From an uncultured Gemmatimonadaceae bacterium (GTDB taxonomy: Bacteria; Gemmatimonadota; Gemmatimonadetes; Gemmatimonadales; Gemmatimonadaceae), in assembly GCA_963829055.1 (NCBI GenBank), contig CAWHHI010000003.1, positions 160,001 through 224,000 of the forward strand: a stretch of 64,000 nucleotides of DNA. The letters are read 5' to 3'. The position numbers and the translations under genes are program-made. This document shows, one piece after another, positions 12,126 through 22,531 of this stretch (positions are counted from its first letter, which is position 1; every line of letters begins with the position of its first letter). The notes below the pieces were generated by a model. That model was given only the letters and a program-made list of their open reading frames with translations, made no database searches and was not told the DNA's origin.

Positions 12126-15100
12126 ATGCGCCTACGTGCACGTCCGATTTCTCGTACCGCATTCGCGTTCGCTACAGTCGTAGCGATCCTTGGAGCCACA
12201 ACCGTCGGCCGCCCGCTCGACGCGCAGCAACTCGGCTCGATTCGCGGCCGCGTGATGGTCGAGGGGATCAACCGGCCCCTCGGCGCCGCGCAGGTCAGCG
12301 TCGTCGGCACCCAGATCGGCGCGCAGACGAACGACGACGGCGAGTATCGCCTCAACAATGTGCCTCCCGGGCCGCGCACGGTCCGCGTGCAGCGCATCGG
12401 GTTCGCGGCAGCGACGAGCCCGGTCACAGTCGCCGCCGGAGGGACGGCAACGCTCGACTTCACCATCCGCGAAGCGCCCGTCTCACTCGAGCAGGTCGTC
12501 GTGACGGCGACCGGGGACGTTAGGCGCAAGGAAGTGTCGAACAGCATGGCGACGATCTCGGCCGAGCAGGTCGAGAATGCGCCGGTGGCGAACACTCAGC
12601 AATTGCTGAGCGCCCAGACCCCGGGCGTCACCGTGCTGTCGAACTCCGGGCAGCCGGGTGCCGGCGGTACGATCCGTCTGCGAGGCAACAACAGCATCTC
12701 GCAGAGCAACAACCCGATCATCTACGTCGACGGCGTCCGCATCTTCAGCGGCTCGACGCCGACGGTCGCGAACGCGCGCCAGACGACGGCGCCGTTCAAC
12801 GACATCCGCTCCGAGGACATCGAGCGGATCGAAGTGGTGAAGGGCGCAGCGGCGACGACGCTCTACGGTACCGAGGCGTCCGGCGGTGTGATCCAGATCT
12901 TCACGAAGCGCGGCCGCAGCGGAGCCCCACGCTGGAACCTCGATGTCGGCGCCGGCACGAACGACCTCGACTATCTCCAGGTGAACGGCGATCCGACGGC
13001 AGTGCATTCTAAAGGAGTGCCGCGGCCCGAACATGTACGGCGTCGATGTCACGCCGACGAGCACCACGTTCGGCCAGAACGTGCGGTACGAGGACCCGAC
13101 CTGCCCGTCGAGCGACAAGTGGATCCGGACCGGCGCCATACAGCGCTACTCATCGTCCGTCGCGGGCGGCGGGGACATCATGCAGTACTTCATGACGGGC
13201 AACTTCTCCGACGAGCAGGGCGCGATCGAGACGAGCGACTACAAGACCGGCGGCTTCCGCGGGAATTTCTCGTTCAGACCGGTGCGGCAGCTCGAGTTCG
13301 CGTCTCAACTCATCGTACCAGCGCGGTGACCAGGCGTGGGTGCCGGATGGCAACCTGGCGAACGGGTTCCTGCTCAACGTCGGACGCGGCACCAACGGCA
13401 ACTACCGGGGCTCGGGGTGCAGCACGGCAGTCACCGTCTGCATGAACAACGCGCAGATTCTCGACATCGAGACGACGACGCGTACCGACCACTTCATCTC
13501 TGGCTTCACACTCAACTACTCGCCGATCGATCCGTGGACGAACCGCCTAACGATCGGCTACGACTACAACAACGTCGAGAACCGGACGGTGATTCCGTTC
13601 GGGAACCTTCGCTCTCCGCTCGGCTCGCTCTCGCAGACCGACTGGAACCGGAGGTTCCTGTCGGTCGATTACGCGTCGACGCTGAAGAAGGACTTCGGCA
13701 GCACCTGGGGCACGACGACATCGCTCGGCGGGCAGCTGTTCCAGGACAACCTGCTGAGCACGGGTGTGGGCGGTGAACAGTTCTCCGGGCCGGGCGACCC
13801 GGTGCTGACGAGCGCGTCGATTCGCACCATCGGCGAGAACACGCGGCGGCGCGTCGTGAACGCCGGACTGTTCTTCCAGGAGCAGCTGGCCTGGAACGAC
13901 CGCGCCTTCCTCACCGCCGGTGTCCGCGTGGATGGGAACAGCGCGTTCGGGAAGGACTTCGGTCTGCAGGCGTACCCGAAGCTCGGGTTCGCGTATGCGC
14001 TCTCCGACCACGACTTCTGGCCGAAGACGAAGATCGAGACGTTCAAGCTGCGCGCGGCGGTCGGCGAATCCGGCAAGGCGCCGGGGGCGTTCGACGCGAC
14101 GCGCACGTGGGCCCCGATCGCCGGCGACGAGGCGAAGCCTGGATTCTCGCCCGAGCAGATCGGCAACCCGAAGCTCGGACCCGAGCGCACGCGCGAGCTC
14201 GAGGTCGGCTTCGAGGCGAGCGCGTTTGCCGGCCGCTACTCGGCGGACGTCACGTACTTCAACACGCGCACGCTCGACGCGCTCATTCAGGTGCGCTACC
14301 CGCCGTCGCAGGGCTTCCTCAACCGGCAGCTCGAGAACATCGGCGAGGTCCAGAACCAGGGGCTCGAAGCGCGTCTCGAAGCCGGGTTCCTCCGCCGCGA
14401 GAAGGTCGATTGGCGCGGCCGCGTGAACTACACGCACATCAAGAGCGAGGCGACCGACATCGGCGGCGAGCCGCTCATTGCCGCCGGCGGCACGTTCACC
14501 GAGGTGCGGAAGGGGTATCCCGTCACGTCGCTGTTCGCGAGGGTCGTGACCAACCCGAACGCGATCGCCGCGCCGACGTTCAGCGACACGAACGTCTTCA
14601 TCGGGCCGACGTTCCCCGACGACGTGATCGGTGTCGGCTCGACGCTCACGCTCTGGGACCGGTTCTCGATCGACGGGCTCGGCGAATTCCAGAAGGGCGG
14701 CTACAACATCAACTTCGTCGGCTACCAGAACGCGCTGCGCGGAAACTGGTTCGCGTGCTACGACGTGCAGCGCAAGCTCGCCGCGGCCACGAAGGGCGAC
14801 GCGTCCGCGCTCAACGGCGTGACGGCGCTGCAACGCGCGCGGTGCTCGATCGATCGCACCTCGCAGTTCTCCGACGTGTGGATCGAGCCGATCGACTTCT
14901 TCCGGCTGCGCTACGTGACCGTGAGCTACAAGGTCCCGCCGCGCCTGCTCCGTGGCATGGAAGGAGCGACGCTCACGTTTGCAGGGCGCAACCTGTTCTA
15001 CAACTCGGACTACTCGGGTCTCGACCCGGAGTCGGCGGACCAATCCGACAGCCAGGTGGGGCGGCGTGAGTACTACGTGCTCCCGCAGCTCCGCTCGTTC

Positions 15101-15127
15101 TCCATTTCGCTCCGAATGAACTGGTAA
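12126..15127 (+). CDS. SusC/RagA-like TonB-dependent receptor, frameshifts near 13000 and 13305
   Basis: LEQVVVTA, NPIIYVDGVR, DIERIEVVKGAAATTLYGTEASGGVIQIFTK and NPKLGPERTRELE; terminal aromatic residue W; RBS ggaggag. Confidence 0.9.
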
Positions 15128-15146
15128 CCGCCTGAGGAACCTACCG

Positions 15147-16403
15147 ATGACGATCATGACAATGATTCGGCGAGCCTCGGGCGCGTTAGGCGTCACGGTT
15201 CTCGCCTCGTGCAACTTCTTCGACGTCACCAATCCGGGGCCGATCGCCGACGAGAACCTCGACACGCCCGGGGCAATGCCCGGGCTCGTGACGGGGATGT
15301 CGTTCGACCTCTCGCGCGGGGTGAACATCGCGACCCAGGCGCTCCCGATCATCTCCGACGAGCTGTACCACGGCGGCAGCTATACGCCCGAGGGACTCTT
15401 CAACCGCGGGATCGTTCGCCCCGAAGACGCGAACGACCTGTGGGGCACCATTCAGCGTGCGCGGTGGGTCGCGGAATCGGGCATCGAGCGCATGAAGACG
15501 GTGCTCGGCGAAGGGTTCGCGACGAACGCGCTTTCGGCGCGCGCGTACATCTACGCGGGGCTCGCCAATCGTCTCGCCGGCGAAAATCTGTGCGAGGCCG
15601 TGATCGACGGCGGCCCGGCGGAGGACTTCAAGGTGCTACTTCACGCGCGCCGACGACGACTTCACCGCAAGCGATCACGCATCGCGAACAAGCTCACTGG
15701 GTCGCTCAAGGACTCGCTGCTTCGCGTCGCGTACGGCGGGCGAGCGTCGGTGCGTGCGGCACAGGGGAAGTGGGCCGAAGCCGTGGCCGACGCGGCGCTC
15801 GTGCCGACGAGCTACGTGTTCGTGGCGCCGTTCTCGACGAACACGACCGCCGAGAACAACGGCCTCGTGACGGAGACCACCGACCGCTCCGAGTACACGG
15901 TGTACAACTCGCAGTGGGCGCAGGTGTTCAAAGACCCGCGCGTTCCGTGGGACACGGTCAAGACGACGAGCGGAGCGATCGCCGTGGGTCAGGACGGTCG
16001 CACGCCGTTCTTCCGGCAGCGGAAGTACGTGAACAAGGGCTCCGACGTGCCGCTGGTGAAAGGCACGGAGATGCTCATGCTCCGCGCCGAGGCGGCCCTT
16101 CGGAACAACGACGTCGCGGGCGCGATGACGCTGATCAACCAGCAGCGCGCGTTCTACAGCACGGCGGCCGGACCGCTGCCGGCACTGACCGCGTCGACGG
16201 CAGCTGACGCGTGGCGCATCCTGGAGAAGGAGCGCGGCGCGGTGCTGTGGCTCGAGACGCGGCGGTTGTGGGACCTGCGCCGGTGGAATGCGGAGCCGCC
16301 CCCGATCAAGAACACGTTCCTCGACAACCGCGACAAGTGCATCCCGATCAGCCAGAACGAGCTGCAGTCCAACCCGAACCTTCGCGGGCGGGCGGGAACG
16401 TGA
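15147..16403 (+). CDS. SusD/RagB-like lipoprotein
   Basis: Lipobox VLASC, EMLMLRAEAAL and ERGAVLWLETRRLWDLRR; directly downstream of SusC. A short out-of-frame stretch near 15635-15680 looks like compensating indels. Confidence 0.85.
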   Translation: MTIMTMIRRASGALGVTVLASCNFFDVTNPGPIADENLDTPGAMPGLVTGMSFDLSRGVNIATQALPIISDELYHGGSYTPEGLFNRGIVRPEDANDLWGTIQRARWVAESGIERMKTVLGEGFATNALSARAYIYAGLANRLAGENLCEAVIDGGPAEDFKVLLHARRRRLHRKRSRIANKLTGSLKDSLLRVAYGGRASVRAAQGKWAEAVADAALVPTSYVFVAPFSTNTTAENNGLVTETTDRSEYTVYNSQWAQVFKDPRVPWDTVKTTSGAIAVGQDGRTPFFRQRKYVNKGSDVPLVKGTEMLMLRAEAALRNNDVAGAMTLINQQRAFYSTAAGPLPALTASTAADAWRILEKERGAVLWLETRRLWDLRRWNAEPPPIKNTFLDNRDKCIPISQNELQSNPNLRGRAGT

Positions 16404-16449
16404 TGCCACGGGGCCTCGAGCGAGACGACGTCGGCGTTAGGGCGCGTAC

Positions 16450-16902
16450 GTGAACACGCGACGTTGGACCGCGGTGTCGGTCGGTGTGCTGCACGTCTGC
16501 ACGGCGTGTTACGCGTACACGCCGGTGCACACGCCGCCGCCGCCGGGATCGCAAGTGGCGCTCGAGGTCACCGATGAGGGACGCGTCGCGCTCAATGACA
16601 AGATCGGCCCTGGCGTCGTGCGGCTCGAGGGCACGCTCGCCGGGGTCGAGGGCGGCGACCTCCTGGTCGATGCGAGCGCCGTCCGGCAGGTCCGTGGCTA
16701 CGTCTCGGATCTGGGTGGCGTTCGCGTTCGGCTACCGCAGCAGTACGTGACGCGAATGGACGAGCGGCAGCTCTCACGCAAGCGGACGTTCCTCGTGAGC
16801 GCCGCCATCGTCGGCGCGATCGCGGCCTTTTTTATCGCGAAAGGAGTCAGTGGTCATAGCACACCGCCCGAGGTGACCGGGGGTGGGGGACCAGATCAAT
16901 GA
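16450..16902 (+). CDS. Hypothetical lipoprotein/membrane protein
   Basis: N-terminal hydrophobic region with TACY, a C-terminal TM helix, and an ATGA overlap with the next gene. Confidence 0.65.
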   Translation: MNTRRWTAVSVGVLHVCTACYAYTPVHTPPPPGSQVALEVTDEGRVALNDKIGPGVVRLEGTLAGVEGGDLLVDASAVRQVRGYVSDLGGVRVRLPQQYVTRMDERQLSRKRTFLVSAAIVGAIAAFFIAKGVSGHSTPPEVTGGGGPDQ

Positions 16903-17903
16903 GGGCCTTGATGTGGAGTCGGTCGCTGGCGGGACTGCTCGCACTCTCGGCATGCGGTGGCGGCGACGACCCCACGGGCACTCCGGTTGTCGCTGGCGCA
17001 ACGTTGGCGGTGAGCGTGAGTGGGCTCGTTCCGCTCGACCCTGCGGTTGACGGGCGCTACGAAGCGTGGGTCGTCGATCGCGCTGGCACGGCTACGTCGT
17101 TAGGCACGATCGACGCGTCGGGGGATGCGTCGTTCACGAACCCGGCCGCTGACGTCGCGTCGATATTCATCACGTACGAGCCGCGCGGTGACACCGACCC
17201 GGCGCCGTCGTCGCACCGCCTGCTCGTGGGACGCTTTCAGAACGGGCGCGCCACGTTGTCCGTGGTCGGCGCGCTGACCGTCAACGACACGCCGCTTCGC
17301 GAGAAGCCGGGGCAGTTCACGATGTTCTCGCCGAGCGACAACGCGATGCACGGGTACCCCTCGTTCGAGGAATCCGGGATCTGGCTGTTCAACATGGCGC
17401 CGCGCGACACCCCGCAGGGAGACATGTGGGTGCGCCTGACGCAGCTCCAGCCCGGCTGGGTCTACGAGGGCTGGATGGTGCGGGACATCGACACGCCGAA
17501 CGCGGTGTGGCTCTCGTACGGCAAGTTCCTTCCCGACCCCACCGGCACCGTCAACACGCGAGACGACACCGGATGGGGCGAGTTCTCCGGCGTCACGGAT
17601 TACCTGAAGGGCGAGGAGGAATTTCCCGGCGACGACTGGATCTCGAACCCGTTAGGCTACGTCGTGCCCGGCGGGCTCACGCTGCCGCTCAACCTGCGTG
17701 AAAAGACGGCGAGCGGCGCGTCGCGCTGGACGCACGTGATCACCGTCGAGCCGTCGTCGGACCGCGGCGAACCGGTGACGACGCCGCGGCCGTTTACCGT
17801 CAGGCCGTACCGCGACCCGTTCGGCGACGGCGGGCCGGGAGCGCCTCGATCCATCACGTTCCATGCGGAGGGCGTGCCGCGCGGAGAGGTGGTGGCTACG
17901 GTG
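16899..17903 (+). CDS. Hypothetical lipoprotein, in frame with the downstream enzyme as sequenced
   Basis: Lipobox LSAC; internally repeated motifs YEAWVV/YEGWMV and ITYEP/ITVEP. Confidence 0.6.
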
Positions 17904-19325
17904 ATGCGCGCGATGCTGTCGTGCTGTACGGCAGCGACGCTGGTTACCGCGCTCGCCTGCTCCAGCGATCCTGTCTCACCAGGCAGCGTCGCGCGCGCGG
18001 AAGCCGGTCGGTGGGCCACGTGGGTGCTTCCCCGAGGCGACGCGCTCAGGCCGCCGGCGCCACCCGCCGAGGGGTCCGCGCAATCCGCCGCCGAGATCGA
18101 CGAGATCGTCCGCCTGCAGTCGGCGCGAACCGCGGCCACCGATTCGGTCGTTAGGCAGTACGCCGGCGACCCCGGCGCGCCATGGTCGCGACTTGCGGTC
18201 GGTCGCCTCGATTTCTACTGGCCACTCCTCCCGGACGTGCTCGTCGCGACGCCGGTGCGTGCGGCACGTGTCATGTCGCTGCTGCACGTGGCGATGTACG
18301 ACGCGGTCGTCGCGTCCTGGGACGCGAAGTACGCGTACAACCGCCGCGCTCCCGCATTGGCGAGTGGCCGCGTCAAAGCGCTCGTGCCGCTGGACGGCGT
18401 GCCGAGCTACCCGTCGGAGCACGCGGCGGCGGCGGCCGCCGCGGCAAGGATCCTGACGTACGCCTTCCCACTGGAGGACACGGCGTCGTTCACGCGTCAG
18501 GCGCGCGAAGCCGCCGAATCGCGCATCACTGCCGGTGCGGCGTACCGGAGCGACATCGACGCGGGGTGGGCGTTAGGCACGGCCGTCGCGCAACGAGTCA
18601 TGGACCGCGCGATGGCGGACGGCTCGGCGCAGGCGTGGACCGGAGCAGTACCGACGGGCGAGGGCATGTGGCAGCCGACGCCGCCGCGTCGCGTGCAGGT
18701 GCCGTTCGACGCGATGGCCGGTTCGTGGCGCACGTGGATCATTCCGTCCGGGAGCGCGTATCGTCCCGGCCCGCCACCAGCCATCGGGTCACCGCAGTTC
18801 AAGGCGGACCTCAACGAGCTGCTTCAGCTCGCGAGCGGCGGGCGTACCCAGGCGCAGATCGACGCGGCGCGCTACTGGGCCACCGACGCGCCGTCGATTC
18901 GCTGGGAGCTGTTCGCGGAGGACGAGATCGCATCGCATCGCCTGAGCGCGCCGCACGCCGCGCGCGCCCGCGCGTACCTGAGTGCGGCGATGTACGACGC
19001 GTTCGTCGCGTGCTGGGACACGAAGTTCACGTACTGGATGGCGCGGCCCGTGACGATGGACGCGTCGCTGCGCACTGTGTTCTCGACGCCCCCATTCCCG
19101 TCGTACCCGTCTGGTCACTCGACGCAATCGTCCGCGGCGGCCGAGGTAATGGCGGAGCTGTTCCCCGACCGCGCGGCGTTCTACCGAGCGAAAGCCGAGG
19201 AGGCGTCGCTCTCACGCATCTGGGCGGGCGTGCACTACCGGTTCGACGTGACGACCGGCGAGGCGTTAGGCGCGAAGGTCGGGGACGCCGTCGTCGCGCG
19301 GATGCGGAGCGACGGGGCCCAGTAG
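17904..19325 (+). CDS. Vanadium-dependent haloperoxidase / PAP2 superfamily lipoprotein with a duplicated domain
   Basis: WDAKYAYNRRAP...PSYPSEH...SRITAGAAYRSD and WDTKFTYWMARP...PSYPSGH...SRIWAGVHYRFD; own signal peptide and lipobox (TALAC). Confidence 0.8.
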   Translation: MRAMLSCCTAATLVTALACSSDPVSPGSVARAEAGRWATWVLPRGDALRPPAPPAEGSAQSAAEIDEIVRLQSARTAATDSVVRQYAGDPGAPWSRLAVGRLDFYWPLLPDVLVATPVRAARVMSLLHVAMYDAVVASWDAKYAYNRRAPALASGRVKALVPLDGVPSYPSEHAAAAAAAARILTYAFPLEDTASFTRQAREAAESRITAGAAYRSDIDAGWALGTAVAQRVMDRAMADGSAQAWTGAVPTGEGMWQPTPPRRVQVPFDAMAGSWRTWIIPSGSAYRPGPPPAIGSPQFKADLNELLQLASGGRTQAQIDAARYWATDAPSIRWELFAEDEIASHRLSAPHAARARAYLSAAMYDAFVACWDTKFTYWMARPVTMDASLRTVFSTPPFPSYPSGHSTQSSAAAEVMAELFPDRAAFYRAKAEEASLSRIWAGVHYRFDVTTGEALGAKVGDAVVARMRSDGAQ

Positions 19326-19340
19326 CACCCGCATGATCGA

Positions 19341-19438
19341 GGCTGCATGCCGCATGCAGCGTCCACGCAGCGCGCGGCCGCTGTTGGTAGCACACAGCGA
19401 GTGGCCGATGCGACGTGCAAGTAGCAAACAGCACGCAG
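19341..19438. repeat. Intergenic repeat family C, copy 1
   Basis: ggctgcatgccgcatgcagcgtccacgcagc...cagcgagtggccgatgcgacgtgcaag, shared with 40898-40983. Confidence 0.75.
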
Positions 19439-19439
19439 T

Positions 19440-21522
19440 CTATAGAAGTATGTCATTCCGGATTCGGCGGCGGACGCCCCACCAGAGCGCGCCGAGCGCG
19501 GTCGATCGCCGAAGCTCGATGCTCGCCTCACCCGTGGCGCCGGCTCGCCAGCCGGTGTCGCGCCGAAGGGGCACGCGGATCTCGATCGCGCCTTCACCGC
19601 CAACACTCGCCGGGGCCACGCCGATCACGGTAGCGTCCACCGGTCGAGCGCCGTCGGCGTACGAGATCAGGTGGACTACCTGACCCGGCCGCACGTTCAG
19701 CGCGCCCGCCTGTTTCAACGCGATTCGAGCTTCCAGCGCATCGAGCGTCGCGACACGCAGGATGCGATCGCCAGCCTCCACGCGATGGCCCTCCAGCTCC
19801 TGCACCCGCGGTGTCGCGATCGATCCAGCCATCGGCGCTCGCAGCGTCAGCGCATCGAAGCGTATCCGCAGAGCGGTCGCCTGCGCCGTCGCCTGCGCCC
19901 GCTCCGCCTCGACGCGTTCCGTTACGCCGCCGACCGAGGCGGCACGAGCTCGCGACGCCGCGAGGGTAAGTGAATCCAGGACGCGGCCGGCTGTGAGCAG
20001 ATCGCGCTCGAGATCGCGCTCGACGAGCCGCACGAGGGGCGCGCCGGCAGTCACCGTCATCCCCTCACGCACGAACACGGCACCGATGAGCGCGCTGTCG
20101 GGCGCGGTGAGGTCGAGCGCGTTCACCGGCGCCACGACGAATCGCCCGCCAGTGGTGACCGTCCACGGCAGGAGGGCGAGCAGCAGCACCGTGCCTAACG
20201 TCATGATGGCCGGCCACCGCCAGCGGGCCATTCCGCGCCGCTCGCCGCGCCGTGCACGAATCGCGAGAGCGATCGACCGGCCCCACTCCATGATGCCGCG
20301 ACGTGCCAGCATGAAGATGAGCCCGAGCGCGATCAACGCACCGGCTGCGCCCAATGCCTGGTGGGCCCGACCGACGACCCACAGGCCGATGAACGTGAAC
20401 GTCGCCGCGATGTAGACAGTCGCCAGCGCGCCGTAGATGAGGAACACGCGGCGCTCGCGGTCGGTCGCGGCCGGCTCCGGAATTTCGAGTCGAAGCACGT
20501 GGCGTCGCGCCCACCACCCGAAGTACTCCCGCGCGCGCAGGCGCAGGTTAGGGATCTCGAGCCAGTCGGTGAGCGCGAAGTAGCCGTCGAGCGGAAGCAG
20601 TGGATTCGCGTTCGTGAGCAGCGCGGTGAAGCCGCCTAACAACATCGTCGCGACGGCGATCTCCGACGCCAGTGTCCCCGGTCGGGCGATGGTCCAGACG
20701 ATGGCCGCGAGGCCCGTGACGACGAACTCGATCCATCCACCGGCCGCCGTCACCCAGAGCCGCGAGCGGAGGCTGGTGAAGCTCCAGGCGTCGTTGACGT
20801 TGCAGTAGAAGGCCGGCTGGAAGTACATGAGCATGAAGCCCATCTCGTGGACCTCGCCGCCGAACTGCTTGCAGGCGAATCCATGCCCGATCTCGTGGAT
20901 GAACGTCACCGTCAGCAACACGACACCACAGCAACAGTGCCGAGCCGACCGTGATGTTCGACGGTGCGTACAGCGCGGCCACGGCACGCGAGAACTCGGT
21001 CCACGTAGCGGCGATGATCAGGAAATACACAGCGAATATCGCCAGCGACGCGACCACGAAGCCGCGCGTGAACATCCAGCGGACCGACGGCAGCGTGCGA
21101 TTGAACATCGCGTCGGGGTCACCGAACGACCATCGCATGCGCAGCAGCTCGCCACGGAACAGTGTCGGCCGCCTGCGACGCCGACGATCGGCACGAATGC
21201 GCTCGAGCTCCACCGTCGTTCGCTCCGCCAGCGTGCGTTCGAGCAGACCGATGGACGCGAGCTTCCGCGCGAACCCCTCCACCGCCCGTGCGGTCAGTCG
21301 CACGCCATCGGCGGCGAGCGCGGCCGCGATCTCGTCTGGCGTGCGACTTCCGTCGAAGTACCGCATGACGCCCATCTCGACCGGACGGAAGCGAAAATAC
21401 TTCTGCGTCGCCGGGTCCTTCACGACGAAGCTCGTCTCGCCGCGGAAGACCTGCTCCACGATGGCGAGCTCCGGGCGAAGGCGTGGCCCGCCAGCACCAC
21501 TGGTCAGCGCAATGCTGCTCAT
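19440..21522 (-). CDS. PqqD/RRE-like domain + M50 (site-2) metalloprotease + HlyD fusion, frameshift near 20930
   Basis: N-terminal VVKDPATQKYFRF...FDGSRTPDEI (RRE-like); FIHEIGHGF (HExxH); NANPLLPLDGYF (NPDG-like); C-terminal lipoyl/HlyD segments VFVREGMTVTAG and LRAPMAG. Confidence 0.85.
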
Positions 21523-21535
21523 CGCGAACGCGACC

Positions 21536-22531
21536 TCACCGCGTCACGACCGCCGATCGCATGACACGCTCGCCTGACGAGAGTCCGCTCAGCACCTCGA
21601 CCCGCCCACCACCGAGATCGGCGCCGACGGTCACCGCACGGAGCGACGTGCGTCCGTTCTCCGCGACGAGCACGAACCCGTCAGGTGACACCGCCTCGCG
21701 CGGAACGGAGACCGCCTGTCGTGTCCGATCCCCGAGTTTGACGACGACGCTCGCGCCGGGAAGGAGATCGGCGCTGGTCGCGAGCCTGAGCACCACCTCG
21801 CGCGTCCCACTCGCGGGATCGATGGCCGGCGCCGCGTGAAGCACGCTCGCCTTTACGCTCGTGCCGGACATGCCGGCGACGACCGCCTGGTCACCAACGC
21901 GCACCATCGTCGCGCTGCCCTCGGGAATGCGCACGCGCGCGAGCAGCGGGCCGGCCTCGGTGACGCGGAACAGCGTGTCACCGGCGGCGACGAACCGGCC
22001 GGGTCGTGCATAACGAGTGGTGACGACACCGCCGAACGGCGCAACGATGTGCGTGAGTTCGAGGTCCCGGCGTGCCTTGCGTCGCGCGAGGTCGGCTTGC
22101 GTGTACTGGAACTCGACCTGCTCCGAATCGGCGGCGGTGATCCCTCCGGCCTTGGTCATGGCGCGCGCACGCTTCACGAGGTGGCCGACGTTTTCGTACG
22201 TCGCCTCTGTCTGGGCGAGCGCGAGCTCCTGCTCGGCGCTCTCGAGACGGGCGAGGGACGTGCCCGCGCTCACGCGTGATCCGAGCTCGGTGAGCACCGA
22301 ATCGATCACGCCGGCCGATCGCGCGACGACGACCGCATCGTGCTCGACGTAGAGCTGCGCGGGAAGCTCGAGCGGCGCCCGCGCGGTCACGGTCGCGACG
22401 AGGAGGCCGGCCGTGTCCGGTATCACTGTAGCGGCTCGAGCCTCCGCAGCCGGCCGTGGGCCGCACGCCGCGGCCAGGAAGGCGAGCACACACGGGAACA
22501 GCGCGAGCACCGCACGGCCGCGCACGGTCAT
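21536..22531 (-). CDS. RND/HlyD family periplasmic adaptor (membrane fusion) lipoprotein
   Basis: Lipobox AAAC, IVAPFGGVV, IDPASGT and RVEVLSGLSSGERV. Confidence 0.88.
   Translation of the reverse strand: MTVRGRAVLALFPCVLAFLAAACGPRPAAEARAATVIPDTAGLLVATVTARAPLELPAQLYVEHDAVVVARSAGVIDSVLTELGSRVSAGTSLARLESAEQELALAQTEATYENVGHLVKRARAMTKAGGITAADSEQVEFQYTQADLARRKARRDLELTHIVAPFGGVVTTRYARPGRFVAAGDTLFRVTEAGPLLARVRIPEGSATMVRVGDQAVVAGMSGTSVKASVLHAAPAIDPASGTREVVLRLATSADLLPGASVVVKLGDRTRQAVSVPREAVSPDGFVLVAENGRTSLRAVTVGADLGGGRVEVLSGLSSGERVMRSAVVTR

Noticed and set aside
13547..15352. Long antisense ORFs (13547..15352, 8415..9962, 30504..31940 and similar)
   Set aside because: Shadow frames of high-GC genes; Arg/Ala-rich with no motifs.
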